From contig NW_020843834.1 of NCBI RefSeq assembly GCF_003704095.1, forward strand, positions 620,001 through 684,000: 64,000 nucleotides of DNA, written 5' to 3'. Made by a program: the position numbers and the translations under genes. The DNA is from Pocillopora damicornis. Taxonomy: Eukaryota. Positions 38,402 to 49,661 of the stretch are shown here, in pieces (the first letter of the stretch is position 1; each line of letters starts with the position of its first letter). The notes under the pieces are model-generated. The model saw only the letters and a list, made by a program, of their open reading frames with translations. It searched no databases and was not told where the DNA came from.

Positions 38402-38952
38402 GATGCTGCCCTTATGCCTTTTGAAACCAATGGTGTCTGTAGTGTCTTATGTGAGCCTTTTTTGTTGGTGACTGCCTTTATGCCGGTACAGAGAGTGCCA
38501 CTGTCTTGCTTTGACGCAAGGTATCCCGAGATACTACCAGTTGTCGCCTTTGAAACCAATACTGACCAATGTAGGATCTACTTGACTTGTTATTTTCAAG
38601 GAACTGTGACTGCCCTTATGCCAAGACTGTGTTAAAACAGTGAGTTTTCTTGCTGTTATGGACTGCAATGCTGGTTGCTGAAAACATCCTGTTCGGAGGC
38701 CGTCAGTGCATCTTGCGCTCTGAAGAGATGATTGCGCTTATGCCAAAGCACTTGACAATGAACCACAAAGCTGGTTCTACGTATGAAGAAACAGCCCTTA
38801 TGCCAATTGGTCAACGACGCTCAAGAACTTTAGACTGTGGCCAACTTGTGCGAAACGTGGTCCTTAACTTGCCAACTAAAGGGAATTGAAAAGTTCAGTT
38901 TAGTAACGCTGTTATTAGATTAGATAATGGGGTGACTGCCTTTTATGCCAAA
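38402..38952 (+). repeat. Dispersed motif array in the ALAS 3' UTR, consensus (GTGA)CTGCCYTTATGCC(AA)
   Basis: Six clear copies start at 38407, 38473, 38611, 38733, 38793 and 38937; degenerate copies at ~38535 and ~38858. Spacers are largely unrelated. Confidence 0.8.
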
Positions 38953-39007
38953 GCCGTTTCGGCTACGTAGAGAGTGGACAATTAATTTAATGACACTGCT
39001 GTGACCC

Positions 39008-39457
39008 TACAGCTACGAAATGGAACTCTTTAAGTATAGATAAATCGATTCGCGGGGAGTAAGTTATGTAAAATTGGAAGAGTTTTTCAGGACAACGAGC
39101 GAACGATGTTGGTTTTCGGATTTCCATTTAGTATCTGTAATGACCCTTTTCATTCTTGAAGCGGTTCATAGAGCGCAGAAGTCGAAGGAGGTAAATCTGA
39201 AAAGACAATTCTAGCGGACTGGCGATTTCAAAAGAAAGATATCGGGACATGACAGTGGGACGCCTTGCCTGTGTTCCCTGATTCCTTTCTTTACGTATTT
39301 TTTACTTTGTAAACTTTATTAATAGCACAGCTACGAAATGGAACCTCCGGGTGTAGTTAAATCGATTCGCAGGGAGAAAGTAGAGTAAAAAAGGGGGAAG
39401 TTTTTCAGGAATAACGTGCGAACGATGAAGGTTTACGGTTTCCACTTAGTACCTGTG
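39008..39457. repeat. Two ~132-bp direct repeats, each folding into a long hairpin
   Basis: Copies at 39008-39139 and 39326-39457. Outer arm ACAGCTACGAAATGGAA pairs with TTCCAYTTAGTAYCTGT; inner arm ATCGATTCGC pairs with GCGAACGAT. Confidence 0.75.
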
Positions 39458-39983
39458 TTGCCTCTTGCCAATTTACAATTAGCTTAAGAAGATTTACACG
39501 TCTAGGGAGCTACATTCGGAGTAGCAATTTAGCGGATTTGTCGTTAGTGAGAAAAAAGAAACCGGATATGTCCTTGGTTAAAAATCGGTGTTGGGTTTTT
39601 GTAGATAGTGGTAAGTTTTAGTCTTCTTTTGAGTGAAACTCGAGATTCAAACTTACCAATTAAAATGTATTACTTTCATAACCAAAAGTGTTCTTGATGC
39701 ATTACAATCTAGTTCCGAACAACGTCGCTCTTTTGATAACTTACTCGTCATGACTAAAAAGCTCCACAAGTCCTTTACCATCTCTCTTCCCAGCTATAGG
39801 TTGCACTCCCGCTCGACACATTTGTGGCCTCAGGAAGAAGCATGTGGCTACTGATAAAGGGCAATTTTTAAAGCATCGAAAGGAACTAGGGGTTTTATAG
39901 TGACGCTAGAAGGTAGTGTTGCCCAAGATTTGTATTCGCATGCAAACGGTAAACCTGCCACACCCCACATATCCTACACACCC

Positions 39984-40396
39984 GCCGCCTGTTAAGCTCA
40001 TTTTCTGTGTAGGGCGCCAGACCACCTTTCGGGAGGTCGAGGGTTGACACTCAGGGTCTTAAAGTAACTGAGAAGAATATGCTGCCTTAGCTATGACATC
40101 TGCAGATGGTTGAACATTCTTGTCTCCTCAGATAAGGACGAAAAACCGGAGGCCCTGTCCCGTGCATTTCCTCTGCGCTGTACAGCAGGGGACTTTGAAC
40201 AACCCACGCACTTCTCGGTGATGTGGTCTGACCTTGTTTCCAAAAATCACAAATTGAGGGTACCTGCAAAATTCCCTTTCAAAAAGTTGTAAACTGCTCA
40301 ATGCAGTCCGACTAAAGTCCCCTGAAAAGTACTGTAAAGCGCATTAGAGCATATCCATATGGAGAATGTGCTAAATAAATTCATCATTATCATTAT
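39984..40396 (+). mobile_element. Degenerate SINE (tRNA-like head, LINE-type tail)
   Basis: Head resembles A/B boxes (TAAGCTCA..., GGTCGAGGGTT); tail TGTAAAGCGCATTAGAG...AAATAAATTCATCATTATCATTAT. Confidence 0.5.
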
Positions 40397-40813
40397 ACGT
40401 ACTATGTTCCACAAGAAAAAAGATTACTCAAGAAAATAGTGACTAATTGACATTCAACCAATGATTAAATGGTAACAAATGATGAAAATAACAATAGTAA
40501 TAATACTAATACTAATAACAATAGTAATGGTGCTGATAATTTAAAGGGGCTTGCCCAAGAACCTCATTGTTCCTCTATACTCAGCTAGGCTACATTAATG
40601 ACTACATTTTGCCTTTTAATTATAAATTATCTTCTTATTTCATTGAAATTCTATTCTGTTTCATACAATAAGAAATTCCATGCTAAAGGATATTCTCCCA
40701 TTCCATCATTCTATCATTTCATCGAATAGCGTCACCCTATTAAACTTCGCTTCGCGAATTCATCGGCTCTTTAGAGCATTATTCACTGATTGAAATGGTA
40801 AAACGCTCTCTCT

Positions 40814-41650
40814 CAAAATTGGCCACAAGTGTCCAAAATCGAAAATCGGCCATAAGGGTCCAAAATCCATCATCGGTCACTAAGGTCCCAAATTGAAGAT
40901 CGGCCACTAGTGTGTAAAATTCAATATCGGCCATTATGGTCCATAATGAAAAGTTGGCCACTAGGGTCCAAAATGAAAAATCAGCCATAAGCGTCAAAAA
41001 ACTAATATCGGCCACCAGTGTCCTAAATCAAAAATCGGCTTCTAGGGTCCAAAATGTAAAATTGGTCACTAGTGTCAAAAATCTTATATCGGCCACTCGT
41101 GTCCAAATTCCAAAATAGGCCACCAGGGTCCAAAATGCAAATTCGGCCACAAGTGTCCAGAATCCAAAATCGACCACAAGTTTCTAAAATCGAGGATCGG
41201 CCACTGGTGTCTAAAATCTCTCACTGGACACTCGGGTCCAAAATTTAAATCGGTCAATAATGTCCAAAATCTGTAATCGGCCACTAGGGTCTAAAATGCA
41301 AAACCGGCCACTTGAGTCCAAAATCGAAAATCGGCCACTAATGTCCAAAATCACAAATCGGCCACTGAGGTCCAAAATTCAAATTCGGCCACTGTTGACC
41401 AAAATCTTAAATCGGCCACAAGAGTCCAAAATCCAAATTCGACCATTAGTTTCCAAGATTCAAAATCGGCGACTGGTGTCCAAAATGCAAAATCGGCCAC
41501 TTATGTCCAAAATGCAAAAATCGGCCGCCAATGTCCAAAATGCAAAATCGGCCATTAGTATCCAAAATCTTATATCGGCGACTAGTGTCCAAAATGCAAT
41601 AGGGTCCAAAATGAAAAATTGGCCACTATGATCCGAAATCCAAATTTCTT
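40814..41650. repeat. 27-bp minisatellite, about 31 copies
   Basis: Unit ~GGCCACTAGTGTCCAAAATCNAAAATC. The 9-aa periodic ORFs (SKIQNRPLV) are by-products of the repeat. Confidence 0.92.
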
Positions 41651-41904
41651 CCGTTCTCCAACGTTGTCTACTCCGACAAAATTTTAACTTCTAAGTAGAA
41701 AATATCAGTATAACGTAAATCAGCTGTCTTCTGCTGAAGTACAATCATATCCTTGTATTGAATACAATGATTTGTGAGTGCGTATTCGACCGTGAACTGC
41801 ATAAATTAACAAAAATTCTCGGCAGAAACATTGCCATCCATGCCAACGGCGCTCGATATGCGGTGAACAAGTTTGCTAAACTTGAACAATTCTCCGTCTA
41901 AATA

Positions 41905-44900
41905 ATGACTGAAACGTCGCCACATGAAGTTGCTAACAGCAAAGAAAGTTTCCGAAACATAGCCTGCTTCTTTGTGTTTGGAATACTGTCGTTAATCTAC
42001 GATGAGACTTCTCTCGCGGCGGCCGAAGATGTGTTGTCGGGCAGTAAGATTCCCACTACAGTTGTTATAATTGCCATCGCCGTACCGGTTCTCGGTGTAA
42101 AAATCACCGCGCCGTGGTTTCTCCAGAAGTGTCCATACTTGGTCAAGGCCTGCCTGGTTGTGTTGCTTCTTTTTGCGGGATTAATCGTGGTTGTAACGGC
42201 TTACGATGTTCACTTGAGGTTGTTCGGAATTAGCGTCATCGAATCGGGAGTCAGTTTGAGCGAAATAACTTTCTTGGCCATGACTGCCTGCTATGGCGAG
42301 ATGACAGTCAGTGCATTTGTAGCGGGAATCGGTGTGGCCTCGTTATTGGGACCATTTTATTACACAGGTTTGACCCTACTAGTATAATCTTAGTTTTATT
42401 GACGCGGAATTTTGAAAAGTAACACATACTTAATCATTATCGTAAAATATATAGTGGTTATTCACTATTTTAAGTAACACTTCGTGGTCGCTTCGGATGT
42501 GGTCGCAGCGTTTCGACTGCTTCTGCCAGTCTTCTTCAGGGGAATGTCTTCAAACCGAGCGGCGGGAGACGATTAAGATGTTAAAGATCAGAAGAGGCGT
42601 AGATTTATATCGCTTGTTCGCTAAGGAGTATTTTTTTAAATGATTGTGAATATATGGAAGTCATATATTTGAACTGCGGTTAAAGACGTGAATATGAAAG
42701 CGATCTTCGCAGTAATGAACACTACGTAAGTATTAGTGAGAAGAAGAGCTTGTTAGCTCAGTTAGTAGAGCACTGAACCGGTATCGCAGAGGTCATGGGT
42801 TCAAATCCCGTACAGGCCTGAACTTTTTTCAGGCCTCCTTTTGATCACTACTACCTAAGTAGTGTTCATTACTGCGAAGATCGCTTTCATATTCACGTCT
42901 TTAGCCGCAGTTCAAATATATAACTTCCATATATTCACAATCATTTATTCACCATTTCACGCGTTTATTTAGAACCAACACATTGACCAGCTCCCAGTTG
43001 GCTTGTTAGCTCAGTTGGTAGAGCACTGCACCGTGACCGGTATCACAGAGGTCATGGGTTCAAATCCCGTACAGGCCTTGAAAAAAGTGAAGAACTGACA
43101 TCCTGACTGAATATTATTAGACGTTTTGATGTGTAGTATCACTGAGTAATTTTATGAGTTGTGCCGTATTTTGACGAGCCCCTAGGGCGCGAGTCGAATT
43201 ACAAACAACGAATAAATTAGAGAAAGATGTATTTTTTTTAATGCAAATTCATACCTGGCACGAGAAGAAATTTCTAGCGATGACAGAGGCGGACCACTTC
43301 TATTGATCATTGAAGATCAAGAAACTTTGAGATTTTCATTTAAAAAGATAAGTTTGTGCCCCAAAGTGATCATAAAATCAAACTTTTTTAAGCAGATTCT
43401 TATACTCTACTTTTTATGTAGAAATTCATTTATTATGATTCAATTCATATAATCCGTTTGAGTAAGATTTACAAACCTAGCCGGGCCTAATCGGGCCCAG
43501 TCGTTCAAAGGGGAGATAACGCTGTCCAGCGGATAGCCTTCGAAAGACCAGGGCCCTGATCTGTTACGGAGTATGAACTTCAGAGACATTTGCTATAGAA
43601 CAGGACATCACATCTTCAAAATATTAGCAGTTATGCGATTTTAGACGACGATATTCTGCCTCGCAAAATGCGTCAGTAAAAAAATGCTTCTGTGTTAAGA
43701 GGGTAACTGTGAGAGGTGGTTGTCGTATGAGAACGCGGTAATAGGAACTGCATATTGAGCTGAAATTCAGCAAACAGTGTGATTTAAATCTTTTGACCCA
43801 ATCTACGGCACATAGGCACGTGTGCCTCCACTGATGAAGTGGAAGAAAAGCGGGGACCTGGGACAGGAGGGGGGGGGAGGCGAGGTTAGTGCAAATTTTT
43901 AGGTTACAAGGTACAGCAAAGTACAATCAATGTAATCCTCAATTACTTTCTTGGCTGTTACATCGAAATTTCTTCATGTTTAATAGGTATCATTGTAACT
44001 TTGCAGTTCTTTACTGAAATGATTATGACCTATATCTTACAGGTCTATCCACATGGCTGTGTCTCGCACCGAAAAGAACACTTTCAACAACATTTCCTTG
44101 GCCATTTCTTGTCTTAGTTACGTACTTCATCTTGGAAAAGAAAGACATTGATTCAAACGCGAAAGGACACGGAGGCGGCGGGTACGAAAAACTTCCCTTG
44201 AGCGAGAACACTTCTTCGGATGAACAAAATGCTACTCCTGAACACGGCTTGACTTGGGAAGAGAAATTTTCCGTTACCAAGCAGATTTTGCCTTATATCA
44301 CTTTCTTGTTTCTCACGTATTTTGCAGAGTATCTCTCTAACCATTCCGTTATAACAACCCTAGCTTTTTCAAACTCCTCGTTCAGTCCGCGGGATCATTA
44401 CCAGTACTACATTGTGTGCTATCAAGTTGGAAAGTTCCTAGGAAGGTCCCATATCTTCCTGCTCTCTTGCACCTGCTCAAAAGTGGTCCCTTATGTGCGA
44501 GTTAAGAAAACATGGATTTTCGCTTTGGTAGAGATAGCACATCTCATGTTCTTTACGTTTGCTTCGTGGTTTCGTTTCGTGCCGCATGTTTCTATCGTAC
44601 TAATTCTCTGTGTAACAGAAGGATTTGTGGCCGGATCAATGTACGTCAATTCGGCCCACACAGTGTCTGAGGTCGTCTCAGATCCGAAACAGAGAGAATT
44701 TGCATTAGGACTACTAACCATTGGAAACGGGATAGGAAAGCTAACAGCTGGGCTCGTAGGACTTCATTTGGAACCGGAGCTGAAGAGTCATTGTGTTTAT
44801 GACTTGAAGTTACAAGATCAGTGCATTACTCGATATTCAACAGAATCTGGCTGGGAGACAAACATGCGCTGCAGTCATTCTCAAACAAACTCAACAAAAT

Positions 44901-44905
44901 TTTGA
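41905..44905 (+). CDS. CLN3: CLN3/battenin-like lysosomal MFS-fold protein, copy A (~441 aa, 2 exons)
   Basis: Exons 41905-42367 and 44043-44905 (phase 1). CLN3-like motifs: LAAAEDVL, VKITAPW, LSEITFL, YFAEYLSNHS, YQVGKFLGRS, GSMYVNS, REFALG. Candidate YXXL sorting signal GYEKL. Confidence 0.82.
42639..43078 (+). mobile_element. tRNA-derived SINE/repeat cluster with ~100-bp inverted arms, in the CLN3-A intron
   Basis: tRNA-like heads at 42747-42819 (TAGCTCAGTT.GTAGAGC, GGT anticodon-like loop, GGTTCAAATCC, followed by T6) and 43000-43078 (with a 6-nt insertion). 42639-42739 is the reverse complement of ~42845-42946. Confidence 0.7.
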
Positions 44906-46659
44906 AAAAACAATTGCAAGAGAATATGAATATACGTTTTTTCTCTGTAGTAAAGCAATATTGGAGTTCAATGAACATTGAAAAGAGGAACTTGATGACA
45001 TAATTGCTTTTGTTTTGATTTTAAAGTGGATAGAGTTATGTTTCGTTTCCTTATCGCGTTTACGCCCCTATTTTCCAGACTAGATACTATTGTTCAAAGT
45101 TTGAATCACTTACGCGGCTAGCATTCCTGTTTAAACCAATTTACAATTGTAATTATACCCTTGTAATGGTGCGCCTCTTGAGTATCGAGGCAGTTGGAGT
45201 TAGGGAATGGACGGAGTTAGATCAGAGTTTCTTTTTACATAAAATTTTTCTAGTTTTTAAATATTATTGTTCCAGTTACTGATGTTCTGACCATATTTTG
45301 ACATCTTCTGGACTACAACTGTACAGACCCAGGACAACATGGAATCAATTTGTTTTTACTCTAATAAAACAGCAAATTCTGCTAATGGTGACGTCATCTA
45401 TGCGTCTGTTTCTCAGTAGATCATAAGTAAGAACCAATCAAAACGCGTATATAACTCCTTTCTTTTTAAATGCGTATACAACTCAACTTGTTATGTAAAC
45501 TAAAACCTGTTTGCATTTTCCCGCGAATTAGGCAGTTTACTTGATTTTGTTTTGAATTCTCATTGCCTGCTTGTGATAAAGTCCTTTATTTAAGCTGATT
45601 GGGTAGAGGTTCAGTGATGAAATTTGGTGTGACGTTTGGCGGCCTGCAGTTTGCGTTCATTGTGGCGGCGTGATGACATGTTTTGGTCAAGACGATAAAA
45701 AACATGTATCCACACACAGTATCGAAATTAACACCCAAATGAAAATTAAAACAGAAGTGGCTGACCATTACGATGCAAATGCAGGGGAAAAGGAAAACTA
45801 AAATGGGATTGAAATTGTCGACGAAAATTTAAACGCAAAAGAAAATCAAAACAAAATCAACATCAAGGTTAAGATCAAGTGACACGTTGTCATAGCAACC
45901 ATCTCTTTCCAATATGGCGGCCACTTCTCAGCGGAAAATTCCCAGCGGAGCGAAAAATGCAATATTTGATTTCTATTTTACTATGATTTAACACAAGGAA
46001 AGTTTCGAATAGAAATAGAAACAGGAATATGAATTTTGCTATGGGTTAAAGAATAAGAACACATGTCTATCCAAAACAAACTGGAAAATGCTCAATTCAA
46101 TTTTTATTATCGGAGAGCGTCGCGGGAAAACTATGATAGACCTCGAGTGCTCTTAAAATATGGCTTTATTCCCCTCCCATCGGAATTTTATGCGTGCCAG
46201 TCGTTCAAAGAGACCAACAAAAAAAAACAGCAAATCAACTTCCATAAGGTATATTTCTTGTTGTGTGACAAACATTAATGAGCTTGACCTGACATGGTTC
46301 GATGTTACTCTGGTTTAAAGATTCAATGAATGTAACCGATAAGTTACAATTTACACACCCAATGTTTCGACATTAAAATGCTCTGTCTAGTGCCTCACCC
46401 CTGATGAAGGTACTGTTTAGTGCCCTCATCAGGGGTGAGCTAATCGCTGCAAAAGAGGTCCTTTTATATTCTCAGTAACTAGTTACCCTTCTCTCTGACG
46501 AGGAGTAAGTAGGCGTTAGGTGGTAGCGTCGATTAGTGGTGGTAATTTAAGAATTATCAGGCATATGGGCTCCATTGAACGGAATAGAATAAATAGCGTC
46601 AGTTCGTTGTTCTTCTGAATTTCTAAAACGATTAAAAAAGTATCAAGAACATCACACTG

Positions 46660-47520
46660 GACGTAGCAGATATTGTTTCGGGAACTTTCTCTTATTTCAG
46701 AGCCTTCGTCCGCTGATATTTCCACCATTTTGGCAAATCTTGCGTTGTCATACACGACTGTGATTTGAGACAGACGTTCATGGTTGGAAAAACTTTTGAA
46801 CTTAACTTACGGACAATATAATTTATGCAGTTTGCTGTCGAATATGTAGAAACAACAATTGATTCATGACATGACTTCAGACCAAGACAGCATTCTTTTC
46901 CGATGTAGGCTTCATAATGTATGCTATACAAGTGTAATATCTACTAATTATCTTTTTAATTTTAAGACCTCGTGCTACGGATTTCATCAGGTTTCCAAAC
47001 GTTGGAAAACAATAAAACCGCCATGCCTAAGGCCTCTTTGTTTCAAATGTCATAAACGACTGTGATTTGAGACAGAAGGTCATGGTTGAAAAAACTTTTC
47101 TCCATAATTTACCGACAATTTATACAGCTTGCTGTCGAATATGTACGAAAAAACAATTGATTCGTGACATGAATTCAGACTAAGACAGTACTCTCTTCCG
47201 AAGAGTGCCTCATAATGGTATGTTATACAAAAGAAGGCCATGACCCTAAAAAAATTTTGATGGTCGGGTCATGTCCATCTCACTTATATGTGTCGTTAGG
47301 CTTTCAGGAACGAGACATAACACAATTGATGCTATTTTTATTCAATGACATGTAAATGAGTGGCAGGGTATTCTGCACTTTAGCCAATCTTCACTTCAAC
47401 TGTTGAAAAAAATACTGTTTTCAAAATATATATCTAGGATAGAAGTGTCGGATTTGAACTGTGAACGAAGTGAGACCTTAATTTTGAAAATTTGAATCCT
47501 TTGGAAGTTATTGCGTGTTG
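46660..47520 (-). pseudogene. 5'-only stub of a third CLN3-like copy with duplicated upstream region
   Basis: ATG at 46728 gives MVEISADEGSEIRESSRNNICY, matching copy B (MAEMSADASRSEIRESSRNIICF); homology then stops. 46750-46930 and 47050-47230 are both similar to ~50585-50710, and ~47430-47510 is similar to ~50810-50910. Confidence 0.7.
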
Positions 47521-48037
47521 GTATTTTTTAGTCCAGTCCGGACACATACCTTCTCGCACAAAGAAATAATGATCTTCCTCAGGGTATGGCAGGAATTAAT
47601 TATGCCCTAAGGATGGCGAGGTCGATAGCGTGTGGCTCGTAAAAAAGAAAAAAATGTTCCCAATGCGTCATGCGGTTTTTACTTTTTAATTAGCTTTCTC
47701 AGTGCCTTTCAACTGGAAGTGTATTATATGATGTAAGCAGAACATGCAATTTCGGGAATTATCGTTTTGTAAATACGTTCGGGATAACAAAAGAATTACT
47801 TAAACTACAAAAAAAAATAAATAAAGGCTCATGCAAACATTTTCATCACTTTCAAACTACCAACTAACTCCTCCATGTTATTAAAAATTTGAAATTATTC
47901 AATCACTGCAAAAACTCGAGCGACATTCAAATTTGATTGTGTTTTTTCATCATGTCAAGAGTATCCCTGCAACTTTCTGGGTAGGCTAAGCTTACTATTG
48001 TTATCTTAAGAAAAAATCATTTCATGATTGTAAATCT

Positions 48038-49608
48038 CTACAATGCAGTCGAACTACATTGCGTATTCGTTGCCCAGCCTGCTTCAGTGCGATGTCTAGT
48101 AATACAATGATCATCTAACTCCAGGTCATAAACGCAATGAATCTTCAGCTGCGGTTCCACATGAAGTCCCACGAGCCCAGCTGTTAACTGTCCCATATCG
48201 TTTCCAATGGTTAGTAAGCCCAATGCAAATTCTCTCTGTTTCGGATCTGGGAAGACCTTAAAGACGGTGTGGGCCGAATTAACATACATTGATCCAGCCA
48301 CAAATCCACCTGTTGCACAGAAAATTAGTACGATAGAAACATGCGGCACAAAACGAAACCATGTAGCAAAAATGAAAAACATGAGATGTGCTATCTCTAC
48401 CACAGCAAAAATCCAAGTTTCCTCGACTCGCACATAGGGGACCACTTTTGAGCAGGTACAAGAGAGCAGGAAGATATGGGACCTTCCTAAAAACTCTCCA
48501 ACTTGATAGCATATAATGTAGTACTGGTAATGGTCTCTTGGAGTGAAAGAGGAGTTTGAAAAGGTAAGGGTCGTAATGATAGACTGGGTTGAGAGGTTCG
48601 CTGCAAAATAGGTGAGAAATGAGGAATTGACATACGGCAAAATCTGCCTTGCGACAGAAAATTTCTCTTTCCACGATAAGCCATGTTCAGGCGAGGTAGG
48701 TGCTTCATCCAAGGGGGTTTTTTCGCTCGAGGGCAGCTGTTTGTACTCGACTCCAGCGCGTTCTTTCGTAATTGAATCGATCTCTTTCTTCTCTAAGATG
48801 TAGTAGGTGATTAAGATAAGAAGCAGCCAAGGGATTGTTGTTGAAATTGTCGTTCTTGATGCAATGCACAGCCACGTTGTTAGGCCTGCAGGATACACGA
48901 AAAATATAGTTAGAAACCTCTTTGTAATTATTTTCTGAATTATCTTTGTGCAGTTCCCCACTCTAAATGTCGCTTCAAAACCAAACCATGAGATTTATTC
49001 TGAGGGCCAACAGAACCACCCGCACACAATTTATGAGGAACACTCTAAGGCTGTTAATACTGTACAATAGGAGACGATTCCTCAGATTTGTTTTGTTTTT
49101 AAGATTGTAAACAACCAAAACTGCCCTAAGCAACTAGAGAGTTACCTAACCAGTAAGATTGAGCTCAAAAACAGAAATCTACGGAACCAAGGGACTCTCG
49201 ACGTACCACAATCCAAAACTTCTTCCGGAAGAAAGACTTTCCAAATTTCTGGTGCAAGTGACTGGAACTCTCTCCCTACAGAACTTAGGAAAACAACTTG
49301 TATAGGCTCTTTTAAATTTAATCTTTTTAGACGACTGAGAGACAGTGACATTAGTAACAATAAATGTACAGTGTAACTAGTTGGATTTTTGTAGCGTTTT
49401 AATAGTTTTTAGGTTCTTGATATTTTAAATTAATTTTAGTGGTTCTTAAATTAACGGTTTTTAGCGGTCTTATCTTAGCAGTTTTTAGCGTCCTTGAAAT
49501 ATGTAATTTAGAATAATATTATTATAATTTTTATTTACTGGACATCTTGTTTAGACCAGCGCCCCAGCGTTGTATAGTGCTGATAGATATCTCCAATATA
49601 AATAAAGC

Positions 49609-49661
<53 letters not shown>

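Noticed and set aside
38402-38952. CRISPR array, or a TALMP-repeat peptide, in the ALAS 3' region
   Set aside because: The context is eukaryotic with no cas genes, and the repeats are too short and irregular. The TALMP-like translations fall in different frames and short ORFs. Kept only as a non-coding motif array.
40779-41631. ORFs with 9-aa periodicity
   Set aside because: They are translations of the 27-bp minisatellite on both strands, interrupted by frameshifts.
42747-42819. Functional tRNA-Thr(GGT) gene
   Set aside because: It has stem mismatches and an atypical anticodon, and sits in a repeat with a second, interrupted copy. Treated as SINE-derived.
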